DNA of 64,000 nt from the NCBI GenBank assembly GCA_951406725.2, contig OX597831.1:124001-188000 (forward strand), written 5' to 3'. The stretch's first letter is position 1; each line of letters opens with the position of its first letter. Below the pieces are notes generated by a model. The model was not told where the DNA came from. It made no database searches and saw only the letters and a list, made by a program, of their open reading frames with translations. Position numbers and translations under genes: made by a program. Below are positions 11,069 to 24,911 of this stretch, piece by piece. This DNA is from Octopus vulgaris. Taxonomy: Eukaryota.

Positions 11069-11599
11069 CTGGTGCATGCAACAGGTTTTTACTGGGTTAC
11101 ACCTTACCAGTAGCGCCCAAGAGCGACCTAACCTTGTAATGAGAAAGGCATTACGACCCTCTGTGTATATATAAGCACATTATCACATATCGAATACAAA
11201 TTCGACACTGTGTTACGTCTAGCCACACTACATCTTGTTTCTGTTGCAAGCGACTTAGTTATGTCGCCATCAAAAGAGTTTTTTCTAATTATTATTCTTT
11301 GTTTCTTTTGCAGGGTGGAAGCGGACGTTGCGTAGAAACGATGCATATGTAGCTTGAGTTCTTTGAGCTGTTGTCGTGGATGATTACTTTGTGCGGAAGA
11401 ATAAGGATGGGTATTAGTAGTGTGATTAAAAATTAAATTAAGATAACATTGAGATTATCATTAAGAAAAGTATGGCGGCAAGAGTGTAGAAAACATAAAT
11501 AAACTTTCGAGATACACCAAAGTTGATAGAAAGTTAAATTCGATGCAGCGAAGAAATATGAGAGGAAAATTCGTAACAGACTGAAAAGGCCTCTTGTCA

Positions 11600-11864
11600 C
11601 TGTGGGATGACGTCAGCAGCTGGACGTCAGCAGCCGGGTGCGTTGACCGGAAGCTGGAGCAACCGGAAGGGGTCAGCCGTCAGGCGTGCGCAGGGAGCGG
11701 GAAATTGCGCCTTTTTCCAAGGTGGGTTGTGTAGGTGACAAGACGTGTGAGGACGTCGCTAAGGGTTTGGGCTAGCAGCTGTTATCGTTAGTGTTCGGGT
11801 CGGGGCTATGTGGAAGGACTAGTCACCACTGGAGGGTCTCCGTCACTAAGAAGAGAAGGTAGGT
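11600..11864 (+). promoter_or_regulatory. CpG-rich promoter-like region with possible first exon
   Basis: CRE TGACGTCA 11608, ETS CCGGAAG 11647 and 11663, NRF1-like GCGTGCGCA 11684, candidate donor AG|GTAGGT at 11859. Confidence 0.5.
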
Positions 11865-11982
11865 GCCTCTATATTCAAATCGCGCACACACTACAAGCTA
11901 TTTCGGCCACTGTGCTTGGCTAGGTAGGATTGGTGATCACCGACGCTACAGTCACACTACTTAGCTATTACACCTCCCAAAT

Positions 11983-12463
11983 ATCACACTTCCCACTGCA
12001 AACCTTTATTTAAATTTTTAACCATTTAAATATCAGAGTTTTCTCCCTTGTTGTTGCCATCTTTATCATTTACAAGAATTGCTATTATATCTGATGATAT
12101 TTCTTCTCATTAATGCTATAATTTTAATCTTAATTAGAAATTAGTTTTGGTTAATTACATTAAAATATGTCAGTTTGAACTTAACTCTGCTGAGAAAGAG
12201 ATCACTGACAAGCAACTTAGTCACTCTGACTACTAACTATCACACTCCCAACTGTGCATCTCCATTTAATTATTAAACAACTTAAATTGGAGAATTCTCT
12301 CCCTTGCTTCCCGCTCTTTTGTTTTGTTTTTTGCAAGAATTTTTTATTAACGCTGACGGCTTTTTTTCTTCATTGAAGCTATAACTTTAATTTTAATCAA
12401 AAATTATTTTTGGTTGATTACATTAAATACGTTATCCTGAGCCTAAACTTAGCTGAGAAAGAG
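11983..12463. repeat. Diverged ~255-bp tandem duplication
   Basis: Two units, each from atcacact.. to ..gctgagaaagag. Confidence 0.7.
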
Positions 12464-13027
12464 GTTGTCACGTACAACACAATCGATTGTTTGGTTGATT
12501 TAATGATATCACTTTCGCTGCAGTTCTCTAAAGCGACAGACAGACAGACCAGTGGTGCATAATGAATAAGCGTAAACCCTCCGGTAAACTTGGCTTCTAT
12601 GGAAACCGAACTAGTGATGTATAAGTACCTTCCGCTCTTGTGTATACTTTCTATGAAAGGACATTGACCTCACATAACAACGTTAGACCACTCAATTCAA
12701 TGTAATGTATGCGAAAGAACAGTACAAAGCGAGATGACAGGCGGAAGCCGCCGAACAAATGCGATTGTCATCAACGACTTTTATTGCCAAACGTAAAATG
12801 TTCTGCTAAATAATCTATTCAATAAATTACTGCCGTATATAAATGCTTTATCGATAAAAGAAGACGATACCATCTAAATAACTTGATCTATACAATAAGT
12901 CATAGTATTTCTACTGCCGCTGCTGTTATTGTTGTGATTGCTGTTGCAATTTAAAACCAGCGTTCTGTTTTTCCAGATATCTTTTATCTAGGAATATATT
13001 ATTCAAAGTATTCTTGTATTCTTTTAT

Positions 13028-13270
13028 TCTTTTATTATTTTACTTGTTTCGGTCATTTGACTGCAGCCATGCTGGAAGTACCGCCTTTCGGGGCTTTTTT
13101 TAAAATATTTTTAGTCGAAGAAATCGACCCCAGGATTTGTTCTTTATAAGCCTAGTACTCATTCTATCTATCTCTTTTGCCGAACCGCTAAGTTATGGGG
13201 GTGTAAACACACCAAATTCGGTTGTTAAGCGATGGTGGGGGGGGACAAACACAGACACAAGGACACACAC
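13028..13270 (-). mobile_element. SINE family A, 3' half
   Basis: Reverse complement of the family A tail and central region. Confidence 0.85.
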
Positions 13271-13356
13271 TCAAGTAAATATACATATACATACATACAT
13301 ATACATACATACATACATGCATGCATACATACATACATACATACATACATGTATAT

Positions 13357-14655
<1,299 letters not shown>

Positions 14656-15068
14656 ACAAACAGACGCTGTCTGACCAGCAGGCACGGACACATCTATTCA
14701 CACCCGCATACTAACCTCCTGATAACCCCAAAATCATTCATGCATAAAGGGGAAGTATACACCACATTGGCTACTTCTTCTGTTCTCTCAGTTCAGCCTT
14801 TCTGCTAATACTGACAGGTCAGTAAAAACATACTTAAAATATTCTGAGATGTACAAAAAATCCATTTTAATTTTTGCTGTCAAAACGCTGTATATATATA
14901 CCAAAGATTGTATATATATACATGTAATGTGACAATTTGCGACAACCAATAATTAACGTAACCAATTCCCAATAATATATTTGTTTTATCCTTTTCTGCC
15001 AAATTTTCCCAAATAGTCTCATCACACTATTGAACTTCTCTGTTACCAAACACTATATTTATACATGT

Positions 15069-15210
15069 AATGTGACAATTATGTATAAAAAAACATTTTT
15101 GAATTCATAATATCCAATGTGACAATTATGTAAAAAACTTTTTTGAATGCATAATATTCAATGTGACAATTATGTAAAAAACTTTTTTGAACCCATATTA
15201 TTCAATGTTT
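15069..15210. repeat. ~45-bp minisatellite, about 3 units
   Basis: aatgtgacaattatgtaaaaaactttttgaa.cataatat.c repeated. Confidence 0.8.
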
Positions 15211-15301
15211 CCTTAAATGTAACTTTTGACAATCTTTTACCAAAGAGTGAAACCGGTTAAGTAAATAAACATCGTTTAAATTGCATTTTCAAACCTTTTT
15301 T

Positions 15302-15333
<32 letters not shown>

Positions 15334-15339
<6 letters not shown>

Positions 15340-15890
15340 TCTTCTTTCAGTTTCCGTATACCAAATCTACTCACAAAGCTTTGGTCAGCTCGAGGCTTAA
15401 GTAGAAGACACTTGCCCAAGGTGCCACGCAGTGGGACTGAACCCCGAACTATGTGGTTGGGAAGCAAGCTCCTTACCACACAGCCACGCCTGCATCTGAC
15501 CTTCATTTTTAAAACAATAGGGTGCAATTTTAGTTGGATTTTCTTTCTTTTGGTGGTTGGATGGACGGAGACAATCCTATTATCTTTATTTTTTTTATCT
15601 TTTACTTGTTTCGGTCATTAGACTGCGGCCATGCTGGGGCACCGGCTTGAGAAATTTTATTCGAGCTAATCGATCCTGGGATTTCTTTTCTTTTTTTTTT
15701 TTTAATCTGGTACTTGTTCTGTCAGTCATTTTTGCCGAACTGCTAAGTTACGGGGACATAAGCACACCAACACCGGTTGTCAAGCAGTAGTGGAGAACAA
15801 ACACAGACACAAAGCCACACAAACATACATACATACATACATACATACATACATACATACATACATACACACATACATACATACATACAT

Positions 15891-15921
<31 letters not shown>

Positions 15922-15922
15922 T

Positions 15923-15953
<31 letters not shown>

Positions 15954-16022
15954 TACATACATACATACATACATACATACATACATACATTCATACACAC
16001 ACACACACACACATACATACAT

Positions 16023-16057
<35 letters not shown>

Positions 16058-16615
16058 TACATACATATATACATACACACACACACACATACATACATAC
16101 ATACATACATACATACACACACACATACATACATACACACACACATACATACATACACACACACACACATACACACACACACACACACATACATACATAC
16201 ACACACACACACATACATACACACATACATACATACATACATACATACATACATACATACATGACAGGCTTCTTTCCGTTTCCGCCTACCAAATCAACTC
16301 GCGAGGCTGGTCGGTCCGAGGCTATAGTAAAAGACGCTTGCTCAATGTGCCATTCAGTGAGAGTGAACCCGGAACCATGTGTTTGGGAAGCAAACTTCTT
16401 AACCACACAGCCATGCCTGAGCTTATATTCTTTATCTTGTTTTCTTGTTTTACTCATTGGTCTGCAGGTATGTTGTGGCACCGCTTTGAAAGGTTTGGTT
16501 GAACAAATCGATCCCAGGACTTGGCTTTTTAAAAACTGGTACTTGTTCTATTGGTCTCTTTTGTCGAATCAACACCGGTTGTGAAACGTTAATGGGAACA
16601 AACACAAACACAAAG

Positions 16616-16620
<5 letters not shown>
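15334..16620 (-). mobile_element. Cluster of SINE family A copies (head 15334-15490; full copy 15596-16417 with expanded microsatellite; tail 16440-16620)
   Basis: Homology to the 10611-11068 copy. Confidence 0.85.
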
Positions 16621-16646
<26 letters not shown>

Positions 16647-16746
16647 ATGAGGTGGTGATAGACAGACGGACGGACAAGCAGACAGATAGATAGATAAATA
16701 GACAGACAGACAGATATGTAGATATGTAGATAGATATGTAGATATG

Positions 16747-16838
<92 letters not shown>

Positions 16839-17057
16839 CATATACATAAATGTATATACATGCACACTTATTGATTAGTTTGATATGCGTATCTAATGTT
16901 TAGTTGATTCTTTATATGTACCATTTAATTCTTATTAGAATTGTTGATTAACTTATTGTGTAATCGGGTTATAGGTGGATAAGTTTATAATAATGAACCG
17001 CGTGTAAACCTTTAGCTCTATATATTCCCAGGCAGGTTAGACTGTAGTTTTGCTACG

Positions 17058-17154
17058 AGCGTTTGACATTGTCGGAAATAATGGTCTTGCCTATATGTGT
17101 CGAAACAACGTTGATATCCGTTAGGCAGCTGAAGAGGGAATATAAGTATATTCC
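17058..17154 (+). ncRNA. Candidate non-circularly permuted hammerhead ribozyme (copy Y)
   Basis: agcgtt..[hairpin]..GTC (17084-86), ttgccta (17087-93), cGAAAcaacgtt (17101-12), taggcag (17122-28), CTGAAGA (17129-35), g, hairpin ggaatat/atattcc. Confidence 0.6.
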
Positions 17155-17697
17155 TTAGTTGGTTACGTTTCTGAGGCTAACGGATGTATTAAATACTATA
17201 TATTTCTAGACATCGTTGTTTATTGGTGTTTATAAGTTTTAGTGATTAATTCTGATATTCATTTGTGGTGTTTATCTGTAGATTTATATCAGTTTTTCAC
17301 AGATTCTTAAGTTAGACATTTGATTCTGGAATTGTTAAAGACTTTTGGCTAATTTATTTCATACCTTACTGGATTGTACTGGTTTAAGTTATTTAATTTT
17401 ATGAACATAATTTTTAGTTGAGGAGTATGACTTTGTTCATTTATGAACATAGGATATATGTGTTACCTTCATACGTACATACATACATACATACATACAT
17501 ACATACGTACATACGTACATACATACATACATACATACATAAATTCGTACACACATGCACAGATTTATACACACATGCATACATTTATATACATATTTAC
17601 ATGCATAAATACATACATATATATATATATATGCATACATAGAAAAATAAATAAATACATGCACGCATACATGCATACATATACACACATACATACA

Positions 17698-17747
<50 letters not shown>

Positions 17748-17750
17748 CAT

Positions 17751-17799
<49 letters not shown>

Positions 17800-17877
17800 T
17801 ACATACATACATACATACATACATACATACACACACACATGCATACAAATACATACATACATACATACATACATACA

Positions 17878-17908
<31 letters not shown>

Positions 17909-18439
17909 TTTATAAATCAAAAAAAGAAGTGAAAATCATTTAGATTTTCATTTGTTTGTGGATATGGATTTTAAAGATATTCTTTGCCATACACCAACCA
18001 GGTGTTAAGCATTACCGTTTCCGAAGAGAATGTATTAAAATTTTTGCATTCGTGGAAAACATTAAGTTCTTATTTCTTCTGCAGACCTACTGGTTGCTTC
18101 GAGCATTTATTTAAACTACATTCGACTGAAGAAGTTTCAACAGAGATATCACAAATAATTATTGAAATTTATTTGTTATTCTCACAGAACGCATTTGAGA
18201 TATTCAGATTAATTTTTAAAGAATTAATGGCAATTCCACTGCAGATGTTCCCATGTTCTGTCTAATTTTTTAATCAAAGATACGATATAAGTCAAAGGCT
18301 TCTGACGAAGAATTTTTTGTCTATCAACTTCACAAACATTTTAAGAATTTGGATCTTACAGAGACTCAAAAATATCGAAGATTTCAAATTATTCCATAAT
18401 CTTTCGATAATCACACGATTACTTATCTCAGAAAATATG

Positions 18440-18812
18440 GAGGCGGTCATGGCTGTAAGAAACTCGTTTTGAAACTACATCATTTCGGGTTCAGTCCCAC
18501 TTCACGGCACCTTGGACGAGTGTCTTCTACTATAGCCCTCAACCGACCGATACTTTGTGAATGTCAGTGAATTTTGTTGATGGAAACTGTGCTGAAGCCT
18601 ACCATGTATGTATGTGTGTCTTTACACTTGTGTTTATCCCTCCACCACTCAACAATTGGCGCTGATTTTTTTACGTTCCGTAGCATAGCGGTTCGACAAA
18701 AAGGACCAATAGAATAAGTGCCTTATTTAAGAAATAAGTCCTGGGATCTACTTGTTCGACTAAATTCTTCAGAGCGGTGCTCTAGCATGGCATCAGTCCA
18801 ATGACTGAAATA
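18440..18812 (+). mobile_element. SINE family A, old diverged copy
   Basis: Homology across head and tail. Confidence 0.8.
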
Positions 18813-19671
18813 AATTTGATGAAATGAGATAAGATTTCAGCTTTTGAGAAAATTTCAATTTTTAGAAGAAATATCACGTCTCACTTTTAGTCAATTTCCT
18901 TTCCCAAAACACCGGTAATTTGTTGAAGTCATTCAAATTTTTTAAACCTAAAATCGGAAAACAAATTTAAATATAAATGAACTTTTGGATGAAGTAACAT
19001 TAATTAGAAAAAAAAAAAGAAGACTAAATATTCAATTTTTACAAAAATTCAACTTTTGGAGAAAAAAAATATCAAATTTCACACTTTTTTCAGACAATTC
19101 CTTTCCAAAATACTAACAGTTTATTGAAGTTGTTGGAGGTTTAAAATTTAGTAGTAAATTAAATTTAAATATTGGTAAATTTTTTTATGAGATAGCATTA
19201 ATTAGAGTCAACTGTGAATCTTCCAAAAACTCCGCATCGTACACCATACAACAACATCAACAAGTAGTATAGTCATTTATAAATATTCTGACGACATGAA
19301 ATGTTCAAATGTATTTTCGAATACTTTCATTTTCGTTTTTGTTTGTTTTTGTGTTGTTTTGTTTTATTTTTCTTCATTCCTGGAATTTCAGCAAACTAAC
19401 TCTAGAATTCTTTTCTTAATTTTTTTTTTCTTTTTAATGTAATAATTCAAAAATGAAGATATCAAAGAGACAGATGTTCGGTTTAGCTACAAAGGTGTGA
19501 GCTTTTGATATATTTCCATTTTCAGTTTTTGATATATTTCAATTGTTTACATTTTTCAGAAAGAAAAAGAATGTATGAGAATTGTTCTTTTGCTGAAGTA
19601 AGCAAAACAGGAAAAATGCAATATTAAATAATAAAAAGACAGTGTCAAAAAAATATTGTGTGTGTGTGTAC

Positions 19672-19741
<70 letters not shown>

Positions 19742-19932
19742 AGAATTCACGAAAAAAACAAGAGACGAAGACAGGTGGTGTAGAAAACAAACAGATGTAT
19801 TAGTATAACGCTCAGGAATTGAAAAAGTCTTTTACCCTTCGAGCCTACGCTCTTCCACAGAAAGGAACACAGAAAGAAATAAGGAGAGAAAATAAAGAAT
19901 GTGCAGTGGCTACCGATCTATCATGGCGATAC

Positions 19933-20029
<97 letters not shown>

Positions 20030-20099
20030 AAAAATGTGTTTTCCATCTATTATTTTACGTGGATTCTTCTAAAATATTTAAGGTCTACAAATACACTGA

Positions 20100-20265
20100 A
20101 CCGGCTGCGTGGCAAGAAGCGTGCTTCCCAACCACATGGTTCTGGGTTCAATCCCACTGCGTGGCACCTTGTACAGGTGCCTTCTACTAAAGCCTAGGGC
20201 CGACCAAAGTACTGTGAGTGGATCTGGTAGATTGAAACTGAAGTAAGCCCGTCGTATATATATGT

Positions 20266-20303
<38 letters not shown>

Positions 20304-20458
20304 AGAGGGAGAGTGATGTATATGTGTGTGTATTTTTATGTTTGTCCTCCACCATCGCTTGACAAAAGATGGGTGTGTATTTACGACACCGTAACCTAGC
20401 GGTTCGGCAAAGGAGACCAATAGAATAAATACCAGCACTTGAAAAAAAAATAAGTACC
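20100..20458 (+). mobile_element. SINE family A, 3'-truncated
   Basis: Homology to family A. Confidence 0.85.
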
Positions 20459-20499
20459 CAAAAGAAACCGGAATTTTGCAGTATTATTTTATTTACTTA

Positions 20500-20745
20500 G
20501 TTTTACATATTTACAGGAACATGACTGTCTCGCTCGAACTGGCTGGTCTGTCGCTGGATGCTCCGTGGTCAATGGCCTTGGACCAAAGACCGTCTGTCGA
20601 TCTCGGCAGCAGGAAGCAAAAGAAAGAATAGCAGTAAGAGCTAGCTGCTGCTGATTGCTGTGCATGCGCATAAGGGACTTCCGGCAGGCCTTCCGGAAGA
20701 CACCAATCATTGCACATGCGCAGTTGAACATCCCGAAATGGCGTA
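20500..20745. promoter_or_regulatory. Housekeeping-type promoter motif cluster
   Basis: NRF1-like TGCATGCGCA 20661 and ACATGCGCA 20714, ETS ACTTCCGG 20677 and TTCCGGAA 20691, CCAAT 20703, YY1-like AAATGGCG 20736. Confidence 0.55.
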
Positions 20746-21042
20746 CGACGTTATTTGTACTGCATATCTCAGGGAGAGCGGATTCATTCCACCAACGCTA
20801 CAGTTTAAACAACTTGTATACACAACAATAGCAATGAAATACTACACGGAAAGAGTTTTGAGTGTTTTCAAAAGTACCATTTCACAAAATCCATAGGGAC
20901 AAACTATAAAATTTTCAATTTGTATTGAAAATTAAATTTTTTCCACAAATTCTTTGGTATATTTCACATTTTCTTTTCTTGTTTCGATCTCTTTTTTAAT
21001 CATAAAAGCTATATTATTTATTCGGTCCACCCACACAAAGTA

Positions 21043-22589
21043 AACTGAGAATGTGTGTCTGTCTGTCTGTGTGTTTCCCTAAAACTTGAGAACTACACGA
21101 CCAATTTCATTCAAATTTTACACATGCCTTACTTAGGGTCCGGGGAGTGTCATCGGCAAAAAGAAATTTGGAACTTTTTGCCTAGGGCGAGCCCACAGCA
21201 ATATCATATCTTCTCCACTACGATTACCTAAAACTTGAGAACTACACAACCAATTCCATTCAAATTTTGCACATGCCTTACTTAGGGTCCATGTAGTTTC
21301 ATGGGCAAAAAACATGTTCAACTTCTTGCCTAGAGCGAGCCCATAGCAATATCATATCTTCTCCACTATTTCAGTATTACGTGTTAAAAGTGAAACAAAA
21401 ACGTTTTTCTATTTTATGTCAGATACTTTCACTTTAACAATAAAAATAATAATAATAACAATTGAATTATATGTAGTAAGTAATAATTAAAATCAAACTA
21501 AGGTATAATATAATCGTAACATAACAAAAGTAAAAATAGCAATTGGTATAAAATTGCATCAATGATTTGAACTTGAATAAGTGGTTTCACATGAATGGGA
21601 ATAAATTAAAAATAAAATTAGCGTGCAGAAATGGAATAGTCCAGATGGATAATAAAAAATTAAATTAAAGAAAAGACTATTGTCTATAAAGTATACAATG
21701 TAGAGAAAAAAGAAGATTTGAACACATGGAGGAAAGCACCTTCGAAAAGTGTCTTGGTGTGACACAATAGAAGCAAGGTTCGAGTCAATGGAGCGTGCAA
21801 GGGAGTACTCGACTCGAACTTGCAAAGTGGAAATATTTTATTTTTACCTCTATATCTGGGACGTAGGACGTGCCGGAAAAAAATTTTTAATGCCCCCCCC
21901 CCCCCCTCCAGAAGTAGAGGTAGGCTGGATTGTAGCCACACTTCTATACAAGAGGGAGGACAAGATACAATTGATCGAAATTACAAGAGACGGGCTAACA
22001 ATTCCATCTGTTAGATATTTTGAGTATTGTTATCACTAGCGATATCAAGATATAACTTTGTATTTTGTATTTTATGTGTAGATGTATATATATAGATGTA
22101 CATGTAATATGTACACATATATATATACACATATATACATGCACTAGCACTATGACCCGGCAACGATGGGTTTTTAATGCTAGTATATATATATAAAACT
22201 GAGAATGTGTGTCTGTCTGTGTGTTTCCCTAAAACCTGAGAACTACACAACCAATTTCATTCAAATTTTACACATGCCTTACTTAAGGTCCGGGGAGTGT
22301 CATCGGTAAAAGAAATCTTAATTTTTTCCCTAGGGCGACCCCACAGCAATTTCATATCTTCTCCACTATTTCAGTATTACGTGTTAAAAGTGAAACAAAA
22401 ACATCTCTCTTTTGTAATGCAGACACTTTCACTTTAATACTGAAACTATTAAAGTGAAAGTATCATATAACAGGGATGAACCATTAACAATGGTCATCCA
22501 TTTTGATAGAAGATCCGTAATGGTCTTATATGCTATACCACTGGTTTTCAATTCATATTAATCAAATTAATATTCAATTTTTCACCCTT

Positions 22590-22644
<55 letters not shown>

Positions 22645-23110
22645 TAGCAATTCGTATAAAATTGCATCAATAACTTGAACTTGAATAAGTGGTTTCACAT
22701 AAATGGAGATGAATTAAAAAGGTTTGTTGTTATTATTATTCTGTTTGACTATTGTAATCACGTTTGTTGGTTCCTCGTCAGAGAAACGTTGTTGTGTTGC
22801 ATTTGTTAAATAATTGTAAACCGTAACCCTCCCCCTTTCGGAGAAGGGGCTTTGGTTATTGTTTAAAAATAGAATTGTGTCCCTGTTTGGGGAAATTGAC
22901 AATATTTTCAACGTCTTTACGGAAGCATTTTTGTTAAAATGCCTTCGATAGAAGAAAGTCCGAAAAGGAATTTCGCAGCAGCCGTACACTTCTATACAAG
23001 AGGGAGGACAAGATCCAATTGATCGAAATTGCAAGAGACGGGCCTACAATTCCAGTCTGTTATATATTTTGAGTATTGTTATCACTAGCGATATCAAGAT
23101 ATAACCTGGA
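21043..23110 (+). mobile_element. Two head-to-tail non-autonomous Helitron copies
   Basis: Shared 5' block aaactgagaatgtgtgtctgtc..ccctaaaacttgagaactacac; hairpin+CTAG end at ~22183 directly followed by the next 5' end; shared internal blocks (21935-22055 vs 22985-23105). Confidence 0.7.
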
Positions 23111-24911
23111 CTCTACCTGTACTTGCTTGCAACTTCTATCAGCTGTCGTCCACCAAATCCACTCTCGAGGTTGAGCCGTGCACCATGCTGCTGGGAAGCA
23201 ACATTCTTACCACATAGCCACGCATGAGTAAATTGAAATATTACTCTTGAATATTAGATATTACTTTTAATTACTCCATCTAGATAAAGCCAAATCTGAA
23301 CCAACTTGAAATTAAAAACTTCTAAGTTGGTAGAAACATCTGGCCCAGAGTTCACAAAATCTAACTCAATAAAGCTTATTCTATTGGATTCTTTTACCCA
23401 ATTGCTAACTCAACAAAGCTAGTGCAGTTATACGGGAATTTCATTATCTACATTGGTGGTTGGCCCCGAGTAGCTCTGGTTATGATAACTCTCGAAACTG
23501 ATGAGACTTCAACTCTAGCAATGAGAAACAGAGCACAGCAGCCCCCTCACCGTGCAAGTATTTACCCTAAAATGAGTCAGGTAAATTATTTGGGCTCTGA
23601 AATTTACATCCATCTGTTTATTTCCATTCCTGAGATTGCAATATTTTCAATGCTATTAAATTGCTAACACTCATTGAGGCTGGCTTTCAGAATTTTCTCT
23701 TTTCTTTATACAAGTTCCTAAAGTTCTCCCATATCTATTCAATTTTCGAAATCACTTTGAACACTTCTTAAAAAGCAACTTCTTATTAAGAATAAAATAT
23801 CAACTTTGCTTAAAAGAAGGCATCTTATTACACTTTATTAATTAACCTTTAATTAAAGTAAACCATAATTAATATACTTTCATATTAATGTAAATTATCT
23901 ATATATATAAAACTGAGAATGTGTGTCTGTCTGTCTGTCTGTTTCCCTAAAACTTGAGAACTACACAACCAATTTCATTCAAATTTTACACATGCCTTAC
24001 TTAGGGTCCATGTAGTGTGATGGGCTCGCTCTGGGCGACATTGAGGCGACTGTAGACAGCCGCAGGCCCACAGTCGACGCTATGGCGACCAGAGCTCGCT
24101 CTGGGTAACATTGAGGTGACTGTATACATCCAAAGGCCCACAGTCGACGCTATGGCATCAGTGTCACTATAGCGGTTGGGTTGGGAGAATTTCCATTATA
24201 TATTGAGAACTATTGCGCGAAGGCAGTACAAAAAACAACCCTTCCTCAATTGTTGGCAGATTTACCTACTCCGCATTGCGAGTAGTGCAACAAGTTGCGT
24301 CTTCGTCAAAGCAATTGCTCCCCCAAAGCAAATTAAATAAAATTTGAGATACGTGGAACGTCAAAGCTGCTAACAAAAACAGGACAGTGAAATATTCGGT
24401 AAGGGCTGTTTAATCCTATCGAGGTGAAGTGGTGAACGCTGGAGAAAAAAAGCTTTGTCAAGAGACAGAAAAGAATGCGTGTTATAGTTATAAACTGAAC
24501 GAGAAGAAAAAGAATTACATTTATAAACAGAGATATATAATTATTGAGGACAGAATTTAAGTTAGAAATAGAGAACTATAAATATTGTATTATGCATAAA
24601 GTGGTGGCTTACATTCGGGGCTTCCAATTTCTCTGTAAAATATAAGATAGTCGCAAAATCATCGCACATGTCACCATCGATTACAAACGCCGGTGGAAGA
24701 TAAAAGTTCCAGAGGACATTCTTGTTCTTTCGTTTGTACAAGGATCGTATTATGTTTCGGCTTAAAATAAATTATAAATACAAATATAATGTATAGAAAT
24801 ATATAAAAACCAGAATAGAAAATAAACGTCTTAGGCATATAAAATGAGATAACAATGAGATATCGAGGTGTTATATAATTGAAACCTACTAGAATATCAT
24901 AGATTATATAT

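Noticed and set aside
23488-23520. tctcGAAActgatGAGA hammerhead-like boxes
   Set aside because: The boxes abut with no room for stems I and III; a simple hairpin.
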